A stretch of DNA of 64,000 nucleotides from a virus (IMGVR_UViG_3300010346_000241:96001-160000), one strand, 5' to 3'; shown: positions 39,282-49,683, counted from the first letter of the stretch. The notes: a model not told the origin generated them from the sequence alone. Made by a program: numbers and translations.

Positions 39282-39754
39282 TAAAAGTCGACTCTGGAGA
39301 TATCTCTGTCATGAAGCTGTCTGGAGTGGATCCTACAATTGATCAGACTGCTGTAATGGTAAGAGCAGCTATGGCAAGATCTATCATGATCCACGGATAT
39401 GATAGAAAACGTCGAAAGTATCCATTTGACGTAAAGACAAGGGTTGGGTATTCTGGTTGTAGAGATGTATCGTTAGATCTTTACGAGAAAGTACACAAGC
39501 ATTATCACAGGAAGTATACAGCGGCCGAGCTTCATATTTCTATGTGTGACAAAGTGTCTGACTTTGGCATGTATAGTGGTGATGCTGTTGAGATACTTTG
39601 GAGTCTTAGCGGTAAACCTTTCAGGTTCAATGATAAGATCTACGAAGGGGTAAATGAAGAAATGAAATCATTAGGGATATGTTTCTCTAAACCTCCTCGT
39701 AGGAACGACCTCATACTTACTAATGTAAGTTATGATCCTAAACGAGAGTGGTAA
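39278..39754 (+). CDS. Hypothetical protein
   Basis: ATGA overlap with the previous ORF. Confidence 0.65.
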   Translation: MIKVDSGDISVMKLSGVDPTIDQTAVMVRAAMARSIMIHGYDRKRRKYPFDVKTRVGYSGCRDVSLDLYEKVHKHYHRKYTAAELHISMCDKVSDFGMYSGDAVEILWSLSGKPFRFNDKIYEGVNEEMKSLGICFSKPPRRNDLILTNVSYDPKREW

Positions 39755-39765
39755 TCTGACATCAC

Positions 39766-39803
39766 AAAAGAATGAGAGGGCTGGTTCCTCTCATTCTTTT
39801 TTT
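39766..39803 (+). terminator. Intrinsic terminator (probably bidirectional)
   Basis: AAAAGAATGAGAGG/CCTCTCATTCTTTT plus T-run. Confidence 0.85.
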
Positions 39804-39809
39804 GTCGGA

Positions 39810-39821
39810 AACATCACTATA
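39810..39821 (+). promoter_or_regulatory. Putative late promoter AACA-tcacta-TA
   Basis: Within a 33-bp block identical to 4408-4440 (inverted). Confidence 0.75.
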
Positions 39822-39844
39822 ATCTATACATAAGGAGGTGCAAC

Positions 39845-41032
39845 ATGGCCAATTCTAACCAGATGACTAAGGTGATAGACACTAAGATCTACCCTCTGGT
39901 CAAGAACACACTATCCAAATCGCTTACTAAGTTTAAGTCTCTGATGTCGAACTTTATGTCTACTCGATCTAAGGGACTATATGATACTTTCCCTGCTACT
40001 CGTATGCTCTATGGACAACAAGATGCTGATATGCTATGTTCTGCTCTTGGAGTTAAGGCTAACGAGATACAAGGATTCATCAACGAAACCTACTACGGTA
40101 AGATAGCCAACTTTAACCCTAGAGCTGCTAAGGATCCTGTTACAGTGCTTTGCATGTGCATGATCAAGTACTTCTACTCTAAGAGAGATCAGAAGAACCT
40201 TGAGCTTGCTATGATCTATACTTGCTTCACAGGTAAGTTCTATCCCTCTATACACTATGCTCAGTACCCTAAGGCTGTTCCTGCAGACTACAGATTCGTG
40301 TGTGACTATGTGGTAAACAATGAACTTTCTGACAAGTTCCTTCTGAAGACAGAAGGAAACGTTATTGGTGTTATGCGAAACACCACTCAGACATGGATCG
40401 ATACCTATAAGGATAGATTCACTGGAGTGACTGATGATGAAGATTATGTTTATATCATACAACAGCTCCATGTACGTATCAAGTCCTTCATTAAGAACAC
40501 TGCTGAGGTCTACTACAAGTGTTACAATGACAAGGACTATCTCACATATGAGTCTGATGACATGAGCCAGGATAACTTCCGTCTTACTCGGAATGACTCT
40601 ACTAAGATAGACACCGCCGTCAACAGAACACTTACTTACATCACTTCCCATGATGTAGACTATCGTCTATGTAAGATGTGTAGTGATGAGAATGTTAAGA
40701 CTGATGAGATACGTTCTATCATCGAGAGTATCGTAAAGAACACTGATAATCTCGATCTGATGAGGGAGCTTCTCTACCTCATGGTATCTACATACTTCCA
40801 GAGTAGTAGTACTAAGGATGTAAGAGATATCGACTTCATCACATTCTCTATTAAGGCTAAACCTAACACGAAGAACAAAGACATTCTTCGTCAAGGTGAA
40901 GTCGTAGAGGAGTTGCTTATGGGTAACTCTACAGCATACTCTAGACGTAAGAGTCGTAAAGCTACACAACTCTCGTACAACAGAGCAATCCTTACATACT
41001 TCGCTCTGATTATAAACTCTGCAAACAAGTGA
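39845..41032 (+). CDS. Hypothetical late (probable virion) protein, 395 aa
   Basis: Long ORF, AAGGAGG RBS, late promoter. Confidence 0.8.
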   Translation: MANSNQMTKVIDTKIYPLVKNTLSKSLTKFKSLMSNFMSTRSKGLYDTFPATRMLYGQQDADMLCSALGVKANEIQGFINETYYGKIANFNPRAAKDPVTVLCMCMIKYFYSKRDQKNLELAMIYTCFTGKFYPSIHYAQYPKAVPADYRFVCDYVVNNELSDKFLLKTEGNVIGVMRNTTQTWIDTYKDRFTGVTDDEDYVYIIQQLHVRIKSFIKNTAEVYYKCYNDKDYLTYESDDMSQDNFRLTRNDSTKIDTAVNRTLTYITSHDVDYRLCKMCSDENVKTDEIRSIIESIVKNTDNLDLMRELLYLMVSTYFQSSSTKDVRDIDFITFSIKAKPNTKNKDILRQGEVVEELLMGNSTAYSRRKSRKATQLSYNRAILTYFALIINSANK

Positions 41033-41043
41033 GGTGAACTCTA

Positions 41044-42360
41044 GTGGGAATATATTCAATACAACCGAGAGACGAAGTACTTAACGAAGTATACTTCGGA
41101 GAGACTCCTGGCATCATGAGATGCTTCAATGCCTTCTCTACATGGAGAAGTAAGTATCTTATGGACAGAAAGCTCTATATGATGAACAGTGCTGCTGAAC
41201 GTGACCCTCTGTTGGGTAAGTTCGTAGCAGAGATTGAGAGGGAGTTTGGTCTTTACTCTTACTCATTCATCATCATCAACAAAGACCAGATCAATGCATT
41301 CACATTCCCATGCTTCTTCAACTTCAATAGTAACCTTAAGGGACCTAAGAGAGTTGAGTTTGGTAAGGACGGTTACAAGTTCAAGAAAGAATGTCAAGTA
41401 TCTATGCTGACTTGTATGTATGCTGGTCTTTTCTTCAACTCAGACTTCACCAATAGAGAAGTTTTCGCTATTATTCTTCATGAGATAGGCCATAACTTCC
41501 AAGACGTTATCTCTGATAAGATGCATACGTTAGGACAGTGTTCTACTATGAATAGAATTCTTCTTGCTGGTATCATGCTTGCTACTGGAGAGATGGAGCC
41601 TCTCATCTATCCATTCATGAATGATAAGACTTTTGGCGCTGTATCTAAGTCTTATAATGAGATGAACATCGGACAAAAGAATAGTATCATATCGTTTGCT
41701 AATACTATATACGGAGCTACAATGAATACTATCAATCTAGGAGTAGATCTTATGACACTATTCCTTCCTCCAATACTTATTCTTAATGCTGCTGTAAGGA
41801 CTATCAGAGATGCAGCTATAGGAGTGTTGTTAGCTCCATTAGTAAGGAGACATTCTTACTATGGCGAGATTATGGCTGACAAGTTCGCTGCTTATTACGG
41901 ATTTGGTAAGGATCTTGTTACTGGTCTAGACAAGCTGTCAGATTTCCGAAAAGGTGCAGGTATCAAAGCTAGGTTTATGGAGATTCCTATCTACTCTCAC
42001 ATTCAGGAACTCATTCTTCTTCCTCTCAAGTTCATATTCGACATTACAGACGAACATCCAGCTTCTCAAGCTAGATATAAGACTGTAATAGATGGTCTTA
42101 AGGATGATCTTAATCAACCTGGTATATCACCTAAGCTTAAGAAACAGCTTCAGTCTGATATAAAGGAGACTGAAGATACAATAGAAGAAGTTCTTGAGAA
42201 AGGTAAGGAAGTAGATGATCCTCGTTTCATTGAGAACTATATGAGGTCATTCCTCTATCATGCCTGTGGAGGAGACCTTAAGTATCTTCTCAAGAAGAAG
42301 ACTTTCGACACAGAAGCAGATGTTCAGCAGACCTACATTAAGAACACTAAGATCAAGTGA
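41044..42360 (+). CDS. Zn metallopeptidase-like protein (M48-like)
   Basis: ILHEIGH, EIMADKFAAYYGFG, DEHP motifs. Confidence 0.75.
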   Translation: MGIYSIQPRDEVLNEVYFGETPGIMRCFNAFSTWRSKYLMDRKLYMMNSAAERDPLLGKFVAEIEREFGLYSYSFIIINKDQINAFTFPCFFNFNSNLKGPKRVEFGKDGYKFKKECQVSMLTCMYAGLFFNSDFTNREVFAIILHEIGHNFQDVISDKMHTLGQCSTMNRILLAGIMLATGEMEPLIYPFMNDKTFGAVSKSYNEMNIGQKNSIISFANTIYGATMNTINLGVDLMTLFLPPILILNAAVRTIRDAAIGVLLAPLVRRHSYYGEIMADKFAAYYGFGKDLVTGLDKLSDFRKGAGIKARFMEIPIYSHIQELILLPLKFIFDITDEHPASQARYKTVIDGLKDDLNQPGISPKLKKQLQSDIKETEDTIEEVLEKGKEVDDPRFIENYMRSFLYHACGGDLKYLLKKKTFDTEADVQQTYIKNTKIK

Positions 42361-42395
42361 ACCTTATAATAAATTACTGAAAGGAGGAACACGTT

Positions 42396-43205
42396 ATGCC
42401 TAACGTATTCTTAGAAGATGACGACGAGCTCAAGAAGAAGAAAGACGACGAAGACGAAGAGCTCGACGACAAAAAAGACAAAGACAAGAAGGATGATGAC
42501 GACGATGATTCTTCTAGCGACGGAAATGACTATCTCGATGATATGGAGTCAGATGAAGATGACGATGATTCTTCTTCTGATGATGATTCTGATTCATCGG
42601 GTAACGATTACCTTGGTGACGAAGAAGATTCAGATTCGTCGGAGGATGACTCCGATTGGGGCGATTCCGATGGTGATTATAGTTCTAATGATTATCTCGG
42701 AGACGATGACTCTACATCAGATTCAGGAGAGTGTTGTCAGGAGACAGGACTCCTTGCCAAGCTCGCATATGCAATCGTCGTTGCAACCAATAACTTCGAA
42801 CACGTACACCTTATGTGTGCTGGTAAGAAGTTCGATACTATACACAACATGACAGACAATCTTGTCGGCAAGTGTTGGTATCTCATCGACATTGCAGCAG
42901 AGCTTGCTCTTGAGGATGAAGCTTGTGAGCTTGACAACTTCTGTAATGCTGCTAAGTACGTTCCTGAGATGGGTGTAGAGACTGAGAAGACTTATGACTA
43001 TGAGACAGCTTGTACAGCAGTCAGTGAGACTCTCAGAAAGCTCATCGATGTAACCAAGGAAGCAAGAGAGGCTTCAGACAAGTCTCACGTTCAGAGCAAA
43101 CTCGATGAGTGGCTCGCTACCTTCAACAAGGAATACAACTTCCTGATGAAGAGACGTATGAAGAATGTAGATGAATCTGCAGTGGTATCAAACGATTACA
43201 TCTAA
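42396..43205 (+). CDS. Protein with very acidic N-terminal half and ferritin/Dps-like C-terminal domain
   Basis: HVHLMCAGKKFDTIH...DIAAE resembles the Dps H-x-x-G-x-x-F-x-x-x-H...D-x-x-AE pattern; AACC-ttataa-TA promoter at 42360-42371. Confidence 0.6.
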   Translation: MPNVFLEDDDELKKKKDDEDEELDDKKDKDKKDDDDDDSSSDGNDYLDDMESDEDDDDSSSDDDSDSSGNDYLGDEEDSDSSEDDSDWGDSDGDYSSNDYLGDDDSTSDSGECCQETGLLAKLAYAIVVATNNFEHVHLMCAGKKFDTIHNMTDNLVGKCWYLIDIAAELALEDEACELDNFCNAAKYVPEMGVETEKTYDYETACTAVSETLRKLIDVTKEAREASDKSHVQSKLDEWLATFNKEYNFLMKRRMKNVDESAVVSNDYI

Positions 43206-43210
43206 GAGAC

Positions 43211-43244
43211 AAAAAAGATGCCCACTGGGGAACACCCAGTGGGC
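43211..43244 (-). terminator. Intrinsic terminator
   Basis: GCCCACTGGG/CCCAGTGGGC with T-run on minus. Confidence 0.8.
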
Positions 43245-43249
43245 TAAAT

Positions 43250-43550
43250 CATTGGGTTTAGATTCTTTGAATTGATTGCATACACAGTGGCTAGAAAATA
43301 TAGTGAATGAAGGGATGAATACGATTGGGAAACGTATTCTGATGTCCTACTTAACCCAATAGGTGGGAGCTAGTATGTTATATAGGTAGATTGACATTGT
43401 GTGAAATGAAACGGCATAGTTACTATGATAGGCTAGTCAATGTAAGATGGGGCTGACGCGCGTACTGCTCTCATATTTAAATCTCCCAATAGTATATCCA
43501 CTTCCTGGACGGGGTACAGTGTTGCTTGTCAGCTGATTCATCATTGCACT
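43250..43550. ncRNA. Putative structured ncRNA with possible pseudoknots
   Basis: About 390-bp gap without ORFs of 60 aa or more; several hairpins and complementary loop sequences. Confidence 0.5.
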
Positions 43551-43592
43551 TGGTTATAAGAGGTATTATATGAAGAGTAATCTCAGATGAGA

Positions 43593-44159
43593 TTACTTCT
43601 TCTTGTCTGATACCCAATCAGGGCAAGGTGACTTGACCTTGAGTCCTTCATGAGCAGGTACGATAGATTCAGCGTTCTCGTAGCGGATAGAACCATCCTG
43701 GTTAACGCCGACCTTCTTAGGATATCTCTTAGTTGTCATCTCAACGTCCTTGAGCTGAATAGAGATATTGCTCTTCTCTGTACCACCGAGATTTACACTT
43801 CTGCCTGTTCTGAGAGCTGTGTTTACGAAGTCCTTAGAGAGCTTTACCATTGTTTCAGCATCGCTCTTCTTAGCTTCGTATGTGTCAACGAGTGTCTCAG
43901 CCTCAGCCTTAGGCATCTTTGTTGTTGCAGACACAATGCCTGCTACCATTCCTCTGAACTCAGTTGCAGGACAGTGCTGTGTAACACCGCTGTTTGAGTA
44001 CTCAGAGTACTGGAAGTTTCTGTCGTTAAGCATTGCTTTCATTACTCTTACTTCATCTCTTGTAGAAGCACTCTTCTGAGTGAGATGAGTCTTGATGTCA
44101 TTGACGAGAGCGTTAACTCCCATCTCTTCTGTGTTGGCTGTAGCATTCTTGTTTGCCAT
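43593..44159 (-). CDS. HU/IHF-like DNA-binding protein (divergent)
   Basis: FVNTALRTGRSVNLGG...IVPAHEGLKVK resembles the HU body and arm; AGGAGG before ATG 44159. Confidence 0.5.
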   Translation of the reverse strand: MANKNATANTEEMGVNALVNDIKTHLTQKSASTRDEVRVMKAMLNDRNFQYSEYSNSGVTQHCPATEFRGMVAGIVSATTKMPKAEAETLVDTYEAKKSDAETMVKLSKDFVNTALRTGRSVNLGGTEKSNISIQLKDVEMTTKRYPKKVGVNQDGSIRYENAESIVPAHEGLKVKSPCPDWVSDKKK

Positions 44160-44163
44160 AGTT

Positions 44164-44346
44164 TTAGTCCTCCTGTTTAGTTGTAGTTTCATCGAACCTA
44201 TCTCTAGGATCGATCCTTATAAATGGGTTGACTGGTTTACTTTTACCATTAGTCCTAAGGAAGTCGTTGATCTCGTTTGGTGTCATTGAAGCGAGATGCT
44301 CTATGAAACTTCCCTTTTCGTAATGACTTTTAGTTGACTTTCCCAA
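44164..44346 (-). CDS. Small hypothetical protein, 60 aa
   Basis: AAAGGAG RBS; AACA-taatag-TA at 44373-44384. Confidence 0.65.
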   Translation of the reverse strand: MGKSTKSHYEKGSFIEHLASMTPNEINDFLRTNGKSKPVNPFIRIDPRDRFDETTTKQED

Positions 44347-44513
44347 GCCACCAACTCCTTTCTCGAGGAGATTACTATTATGTTCTGCTTGTGTAAAAGT
44401 GTATTCTGAAATCCTCCCAAATGGGTTCGTTTATAGATGTTGCTATAAAAACCCATCTTAGTGGTTATTCTTAAACATCTTAGTAACAATATCACTCAAA
44501 GGAGGTAAACCCT

Positions 44514-45392
44514 ATGAACAAAGATGTATGCGTTGGTATGATTATCAACGAGTCAGTCACTGAATCAGATTCTGTAGTTATCTCACAGGAAGGTGGCAGA
44601 GTCTATGCTACTGGTATACTGCAGGACCTTGAGATAGAGAACAGAAATGGTCGTATCTACGAGACTAAGGAAATGGATCCTGAGCTTAATGGTGAGCGTC
44701 TTCAGGAGCTTATTAAGGCAGGATACCTTAGAGGCCATGCAGGACATCCTTCCAGCAATGAACTCTCTATACAGAGTGTAATTGATCCTAAGCTTGTATG
44801 CGTACAGTTCGATAAGGTATGGAGAGATGGTAAGTATATCCATGGTAACTTCCATGGAACTAACAATGAACTTGGTGCTATGTTTAACCAGGATCTTATT
44901 GATGGATGTAAACCTGCATTCTCACTCAGAGCATTGGGCAGCGTAGATCGCTCTAAGGATGGTAGATGTCATGTAAGAAACATCAGAATCATCACTTGGG
45001 ACCATGTTATCTTCCCATCTCATAAGAGAGCTTACACAAGTCATCTCATCGATCCTAAGGATAAGAACAAAACTTTCAACGAATCTGCTATAATCGGCAT
45101 AAACGGAAAACCTCTCGTAGACAATGAACTTCACAGAAAGGCTATGATTACAGAAGCTGCTGCTACTGATGGTATACTCACTCCTATCATGAACCAGCAG
45201 GTATGTAACTTCATTAAGGAAGAGTCTGCTAACGTTAAGTTCATCGTTGATACATTCGAGACTTTGTATGAATCTGCTATCATCGTTGACGGTGGTAAGA
45301 GAGTTGCTCTGACTACTACAGACGGCATGAAGGTTATTGTTAACCTTGAGCAGTATGTACAGAACGCTATCATGGACTGGTGCAGTAAGTAA
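44514..45392 (+). CDS. Prohead core protease (T4 gp21 / phiKZ gp175-like)
   Basis: NRNGRIY, GHAGHP, FSLRALG, ITWDHVIFPS; late promoter at 44474-44485. Confidence 0.9.
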   Translation: MNKDVCVGMIINESVTESDSVVISQEGGRVYATGILQDLEIENRNGRIYETKEMDPELNGERLQELIKAGYLRGHAGHPSSNELSIQSVIDPKLVCVQFDKVWRDGKYIHGNFHGTNNELGAMFNQDLIDGCKPAFSLRALGSVDRSKDGRCHVRNIRIITWDHVIFPSHKRAYTSHLIDPKDKNKTFNESAIIGINGKPLVDNELHRKAMITEAAATDGILTPIMNQQVCNFIKEESANVKFIVDTFETLYESAIIVDGGKRVALTTTDGMKVIVNLEQYVQNAIMDWCSK

Positions 45393-45515
45393 AAGATACT
45401 CCGAGATCCCTAGTGGATCTCGGAATCTTTCTTTGTCTCCGTTATATATTATAGAGGTGTATAGAGTCGCTCAACTCTGTACAACACAATCTATTATATG
45501 AAAGGAGACAAAACT

Positions 45516-45980
45516 ATGAGTATATTTGCTCAAGTATCATCCACACCAGAATCAGTATGCGAAGAGATCTATCAGGAGAAGTTCACGGAGGATTATTATG
45601 TGAACTTGTACCTAGATAAGTTAGTAGAAACAGCTAAAAGATATATTATACAATCTTCAAGTACAATGAGTATCGATACATATATAAGAGTATTGATACG
45701 TGGTATGATCTACAAAGAATCAAAGAGGGCTATATCATTATCAGAAAAAGTTTCATACCCAGCCGTCTTGTATACTTTCGAGAGAATACGTGTACGTAGA
45801 TTTATAGGATGGGGTAGGAGATATTCTTTTGATGATGTACCTGTTGAATCATTCCTTTGCTATGCGATACTAGAGAATGAAATCATACAAGCATTCAAGA
45901 ACAAATTTGGAGAGGAGTTTAACTATGCAGAAATCTGTAAAAATCACAGAATACAAGAAGCCCTTAAACTTCACGTTTAA
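45516..45980 (+). CDS. Hypothetical protein
   Basis: AAAGGAG before ATG 45516; TATATTAT upstream. Confidence 0.7.
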   Translation: MSIFAQVSSTPESVCEEIYQEKFTEDYYVNLYLDKLVETAKRYIIQSSSTMSIDTYIRVLIRGMIYKESKRAISLSEKVSYPAVLYTFERIRVRRFIGWGRRYSFDDVPVESFLCYAILENEIIQAFKNKFGEEFNYAEICKNHRIQEALKLHV

Positions 45981-46260
45981 GCTATCAGACTATAAGACGA
46001 TAGAAGATATCAAGAACACATTCGGCAAGAGGATAGTCACTACAGCTCCACGTTTGAAGAGTGGAGACGATTATGCATACTTCCCTGGATGGACCATCAG
46101 AGAAATGGTACAGAAGTTCGATGGTTGCCTACTGGTAGCCATCGATGGTGAATACCGATTCCTTACACCATCATGGGGTGGCTATACTATGTTCGAAAAC
46201 TGGCCCGACTACCCATCTGTAAGGGTTATTATCTTTGACGGCTACTGGAACGTTCTGTAA
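45925..46260 (+). CDS. Hypothetical protein
   Basis: GAGGAG before ATG 45925; terminator at 46274-46303. Confidence 0.65.
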   Translation: MQKSVKITEYKKPLNFTFKLSDYKTIEDIKNTFGKRIVTTAPRLKSGDDYAYFPGWTIREMVQKFDGCLLVAIDGEYRFLTPSWGGYTMFENWPDYPSVRVIIFDGYWNVL

Positions 46261-46343
46261 TCAACACTAAGGGACCTGAGCAATACGCTCAGGTTTCTTT
46301 TTTGTTGAAACATCATGGTAAATACCTGAAAGGAGGCATTTGT

Positions 46344-47162
46344 ATGGATTACAACAACAAGCACCAAGAAGTTGAGGATACTAATCCTCTTGACACCTTC
46401 ACTCCGAATGATATTGATATAGTCACTATTCCAAATGACATACCAGAGTACGGTGTCCAGGACTATGATATGTTTGATGAGAAGGATATGGTTAGGTATA
46501 TGAAAGACCTTGAGAGATTTGTTAGGCAGTCTCTCGAATACAAGAGCATGGTACAGTATCTCAGGGAGTATATGGACATGAGAAACTGTGCATTTCTGCC
46601 TAACGTATCGAATGAGTTCACTCCTAAGATAAGGATAGAGATTCATCACTCTCCTATAACACTCTATGAGATCTGCAGTATCATCATAAGGAAGAGAATG
46701 GCTCTTGGAGAACTCCTTACTATAGAAGCAGTAGCATATGAGGTACTCTATGTACACTACTGTCTGATGGTAGGTCTTATACCTCTGTCAGAGACTGTAC
46801 ATGAGCTTGTACACAATCAGTATATCTATGTTCCTGCGAACAGAGTATATGGTTACTACAATGCATTTGTGGAACAGTATCATGACTATATAGACGTTGA
46901 ACTTCTCGATAAGTTAAAGATGATTGAGAAGCTTGCACAGGATCAAGTCTATAACGACTATATGCAGATACTTGAAAAGAAATATATTGCGATTGACATG
47001 GGAGACAACTCTCAAGTAGACCAGCTTGGGGCTACTCGTGAACTGCTTAAACAGCGTCTGTCGATTTTAAGAGATGGTGACGCTAGTTATACTGCTCCTC
47101 CTCCACAAGCTCCTGTAGAGCAACCTGTATATGTTCCATTGTTCCGTTCTCCGTGGGATTAA
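46344..47162 (+). CDS. Hypothetical protein with HNH-like motif
   Basis: IEIHH...LIPLSETVHELVH; AAAGGAGG before ATG 46344; late promoter at 46309-46320. Confidence 0.6.
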   Translation: MDYNNKHQEVEDTNPLDTFTPNDIDIVTIPNDIPEYGVQDYDMFDEKDMVRYMKDLERFVRQSLEYKSMVQYLREYMDMRNCAFLPNVSNEFTPKIRIEIHHSPITLYEICSIIIRKRMALGELLTIEAVAYEVLYVHYCLMVGLIPLSETVHELVHNQYIYVPANRVYGYYNAFVEQYHDYIDVELLDKLKMIEKLAQDQVYNDYMQILEKKYIAIDMGDNSQVDQLGATRELLKQRLSILRDGDASYTAPPPQAPVEQPVYVPLFRSPWD

Positions 47163-47217
47163 CAAAAAAGAAACGGTGGGAATCATCCCCACCGTTCCTC
47201 TTGTCGCTTTGATAAGA

Positions 47218-48591
47218 TTAACCGCCAAAGTTCATACCAGGAAAGTTTCCTGCAGGTTTCTCAAGTATCTCGTCATGATAATCGTACAGCTCTTCACAGC
47301 ACTGATTACTAAACAGTCTTCCAAGCATACTGATAAGCTGGTTACCTGCTATACCGTTCTTTATGTCGATATCGACTGTAAGCTCTCTAGTATCCTCATA
47401 GATACCCATATTATCAGGCTCAGGGAAACGAGTGATTCCGATGTTACCTTCATTATAATCACCCATGATGCTGAACTCTGACATGTACTGATTATACATA
47501 TCGTCAAGTTTAACACACTCAGGACACTTGAGAGTGATAGTGAAGGTCTTATCTGATTTCTCATTGAGTACTACATGCTGTGTACACTCTATAGCATGTT
47601 CGTATGTATCTACTACAGCAAGGAATCCTGTCTTATGACAGAACTTCACCCACTCTGGTGCATTCTCTTTTTCAGCCCATTCAGCAGGGAAACGAACAGG
47701 AGTAGAGTAAGAGCTTCTATCTGGGCGAACACAGATAACGTGATAGCAGTTAGGGTTACGATCATCGTTCTCTGGAAGTTTCCATGCTACGAGTTCGCAT
47801 CCTTTCTCTGCTGCGTATACTTCTCCAGCAGGGAAGAACTGTCTGAGCATACAGATCTTAAGTTCCTTACCAGACTCCTTCTTTACTGTCTTTATCTCAG
47901 CATTTATAGCAGCTTCCTTCTCTGCGATACGGTTGATATGAGAGTTAACAAGCATACGTCTGAAGAGATGAGTAAATGTCTGTACAGACTCCTCAAAGAG
48001 TGACTCATCGTTATCGCTGTATCCAGTTGTCTCGTTGAATGCATTGAAGTTACGGAACAGATCGCATACGGGAGACTTCTTAACTCCCATATCATGATCA
48101 TCCATCTGATGTACGAAACGATCAAACTCCTTGTAGTATGCTCTCATCTCTGGAGTCGTGTAGTACTCCCAGAGAAGTCCGAAAGCAGCATAGTTCTTGT
48201 GAGCTTCATCGAGTTCCTGATGATGATCGAAGTAGCCGTTCTCAGGATCATAACGACGACCGATATCACAGATGATAGAGTATCTAGTCCGTCTCTCTAC
48301 TGCGACTTTAGACATATAATCTGCGTTTTCAGTAATAGTAACCTCATGCTCCCATGCAGGTTCATTACCTTCGACAGGTTCAATTGTGTTTCTCACATAG
48401 CTTATAGGCTGTCCAGACATCATGATTCTGAACAGTGCAACACAAGCTCTATCGTCGAAGTGATTTACTCCTCCATGTACGAGGATAGAGTATCCTTCTT
48501 CTGTTTTCTTGATCTTATTGATCTTCTCTTCGTCGAACGGGAAGGGTTTCTTAGTGTCCTTTACGATAATTCCCATTGTGATTGTACCCAT
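47218..48591 (-). CDS. MYG1-like (DHH superfamily) exonuclease
   Basis: VHGGVNHFDD, DIGRRYD...FDHHQ, AAFGLLW, FCHKTGF. Confidence 0.8.
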   Translation of the reverse strand: MGTITMGIIVKDTKKPFPFDEEKINKIKKTEEGYSILVHGGVNHFDDRACVALFRIMMSGQPISYVRNTIEPVEGNEPAWEHEVTITENADYMSKVAVERRTRYSIICDIGRRYDPENGYFDHHQELDEAHKNYAAFGLLWEYYTTPEMRAYYKEFDRFVHQMDDHDMGVKKSPVCDLFRNFNAFNETTGYSDNDESLFEESVQTFTHLFRRMLVNSHINRIAEKEAAINAEIKTVKKESGKELKICMLRQFFPAGEVYAAEKGCELVAWKLPENDDRNPNCYHVICVRPDRSSYSTPVRFPAEWAEKENAPEWVKFCHKTGFLAVVDTYEHAIECTQHVVLNEKSDKTFTITLKCPECVKLDDMYNQYMSEFSIMGDYNEGNIGITRFPEPDNMGIYEDTRELTVDIDIKNGIAGNQLISMLGRLFSNQCCEELYDYHDEILEKPAGNFPGMNFGG

Positions 48592-48608
48592 GTGTATTTC
48601 CTCCTTGG

Positions 48609-48998
48609 TTAGATTGTGATGCTACCTAGATAAAGTCCTGTTATAGACTCCACATTGATAGTCTTGTTTTCGACATCTCTATAGCCAGTACAAGCTATAG
48701 AGATCTCTGGCTTTGGTAAAGCATCATACCATTCATTTCTGAAGAGCTCTATAGTAAATTGCTCATCATCATAGTTGATAACTTTACCTACGATGCTTAG
48801 TGCGTCTGGAACAATGTTGTTCTGGTCTTTAGGATCTCTCTGCATATAGACCCAACAGCATTGATCTGCAAATCTTGGGTGGGTGTATTTACGAAGAGCC
48901 TCTTCCATGCCCACATAGTGGTATCCATCAAGTTTACGCTCTTCATTCTTTTTAGTTACTCGCCTAGGGACTGTTACTATACGTACTCCACTAGCCAT
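48609..48998 (-). CDS. Hypothetical protein
   Basis: AAAGGAGG before ATG 48998. Confidence 0.75.
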   Translation of the reverse strand: MASGVRIVTVPRRVTKKNEERKLDGYHYVGMEEALRKYTHPRFADQCCWVYMQRDPKDQNNIVPDALSIVGKVINYDDEQFTIELFRNEWYDALPKPEISIACTGYRDVENKTINVESITGLYLGSITI

Positions 48999-49031
48999 AA
49001 CTAGTCCTCCTTTCATCCTAATAGTATACAA

Positions 49032-49628
49032 CTACAGGACTGTATTGACTCTCTTAAATATGAACTGAACCTGACTCTCTTTACATGAAGACTTATAGTA
49101 CCATCTCCATACCCATCTGTCGTCCATGAACTGTTTGATAGTACAACCATAGATTCCAGTAGGTAAGTATTTGAAGACTATCCAATCTGGATTACACGTT
49201 CTGTAGCTACTGATGACGTTAACTACAAACTGTACACACTCATCTTCAGTACCCTTATCTATAACTCCATATACTGGGAGATAGCCATCTGGGATAACGA
49301 GATGATATCCATACTGATCCTGATAGATGAGAAAAGTATAGTTATATCCATCATCGAATTCTATGTAGTAGAGTTCGAAGAATGTTGAGTTGAAGTATGT
49401 AGTGAAGTACCATGCAAGATATTCTGTGTAATCGTAGTTAAGACCACACTTGAAAGACTCGAACTGTTGTGGAGAGAGTGTTCTGTAGAGGGAGTACATG
49501 TTGAATGCTCCTCTAGGGGTAAACACTTCTTCCTTAGGATCCCAGTGTCCTATTTTGAATTCGTCTTTTAACTTCTCGAGAAGTTCCTCTATCTTCATCT
49601 TCGGTATCTTAGGTATTCGGTTATTCAT
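49032..49628 (-). CDS. Hypothetical aromatic-rich protein
   Basis: AAAGGAGG RBS. Confidence 0.75.
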   Translation of the reverse strand: MNNRIPKIPKMKIEELLEKLKDEFKIGHWDPKEEVFTPRGAFNMYSLYRTLSPQQFESFKCGLNYDYTEYLAWYFTTYFNSTFFELYYIEFDDGYNYTFLIYQDQYGYHLVIPDGYLPVYGVIDKGTEDECVQFVVNVISSYRTCNPDWIVFKYLPTGIYGCTIKQFMDDRWVWRWYYKSSCKESQVQFIFKRVNTVL

Positions 49629-49683
49629 ACTCTAACCTCCTTTCACAAAAAATAAGGGGTTGTTGTTAGCAACCCCCTATAGA

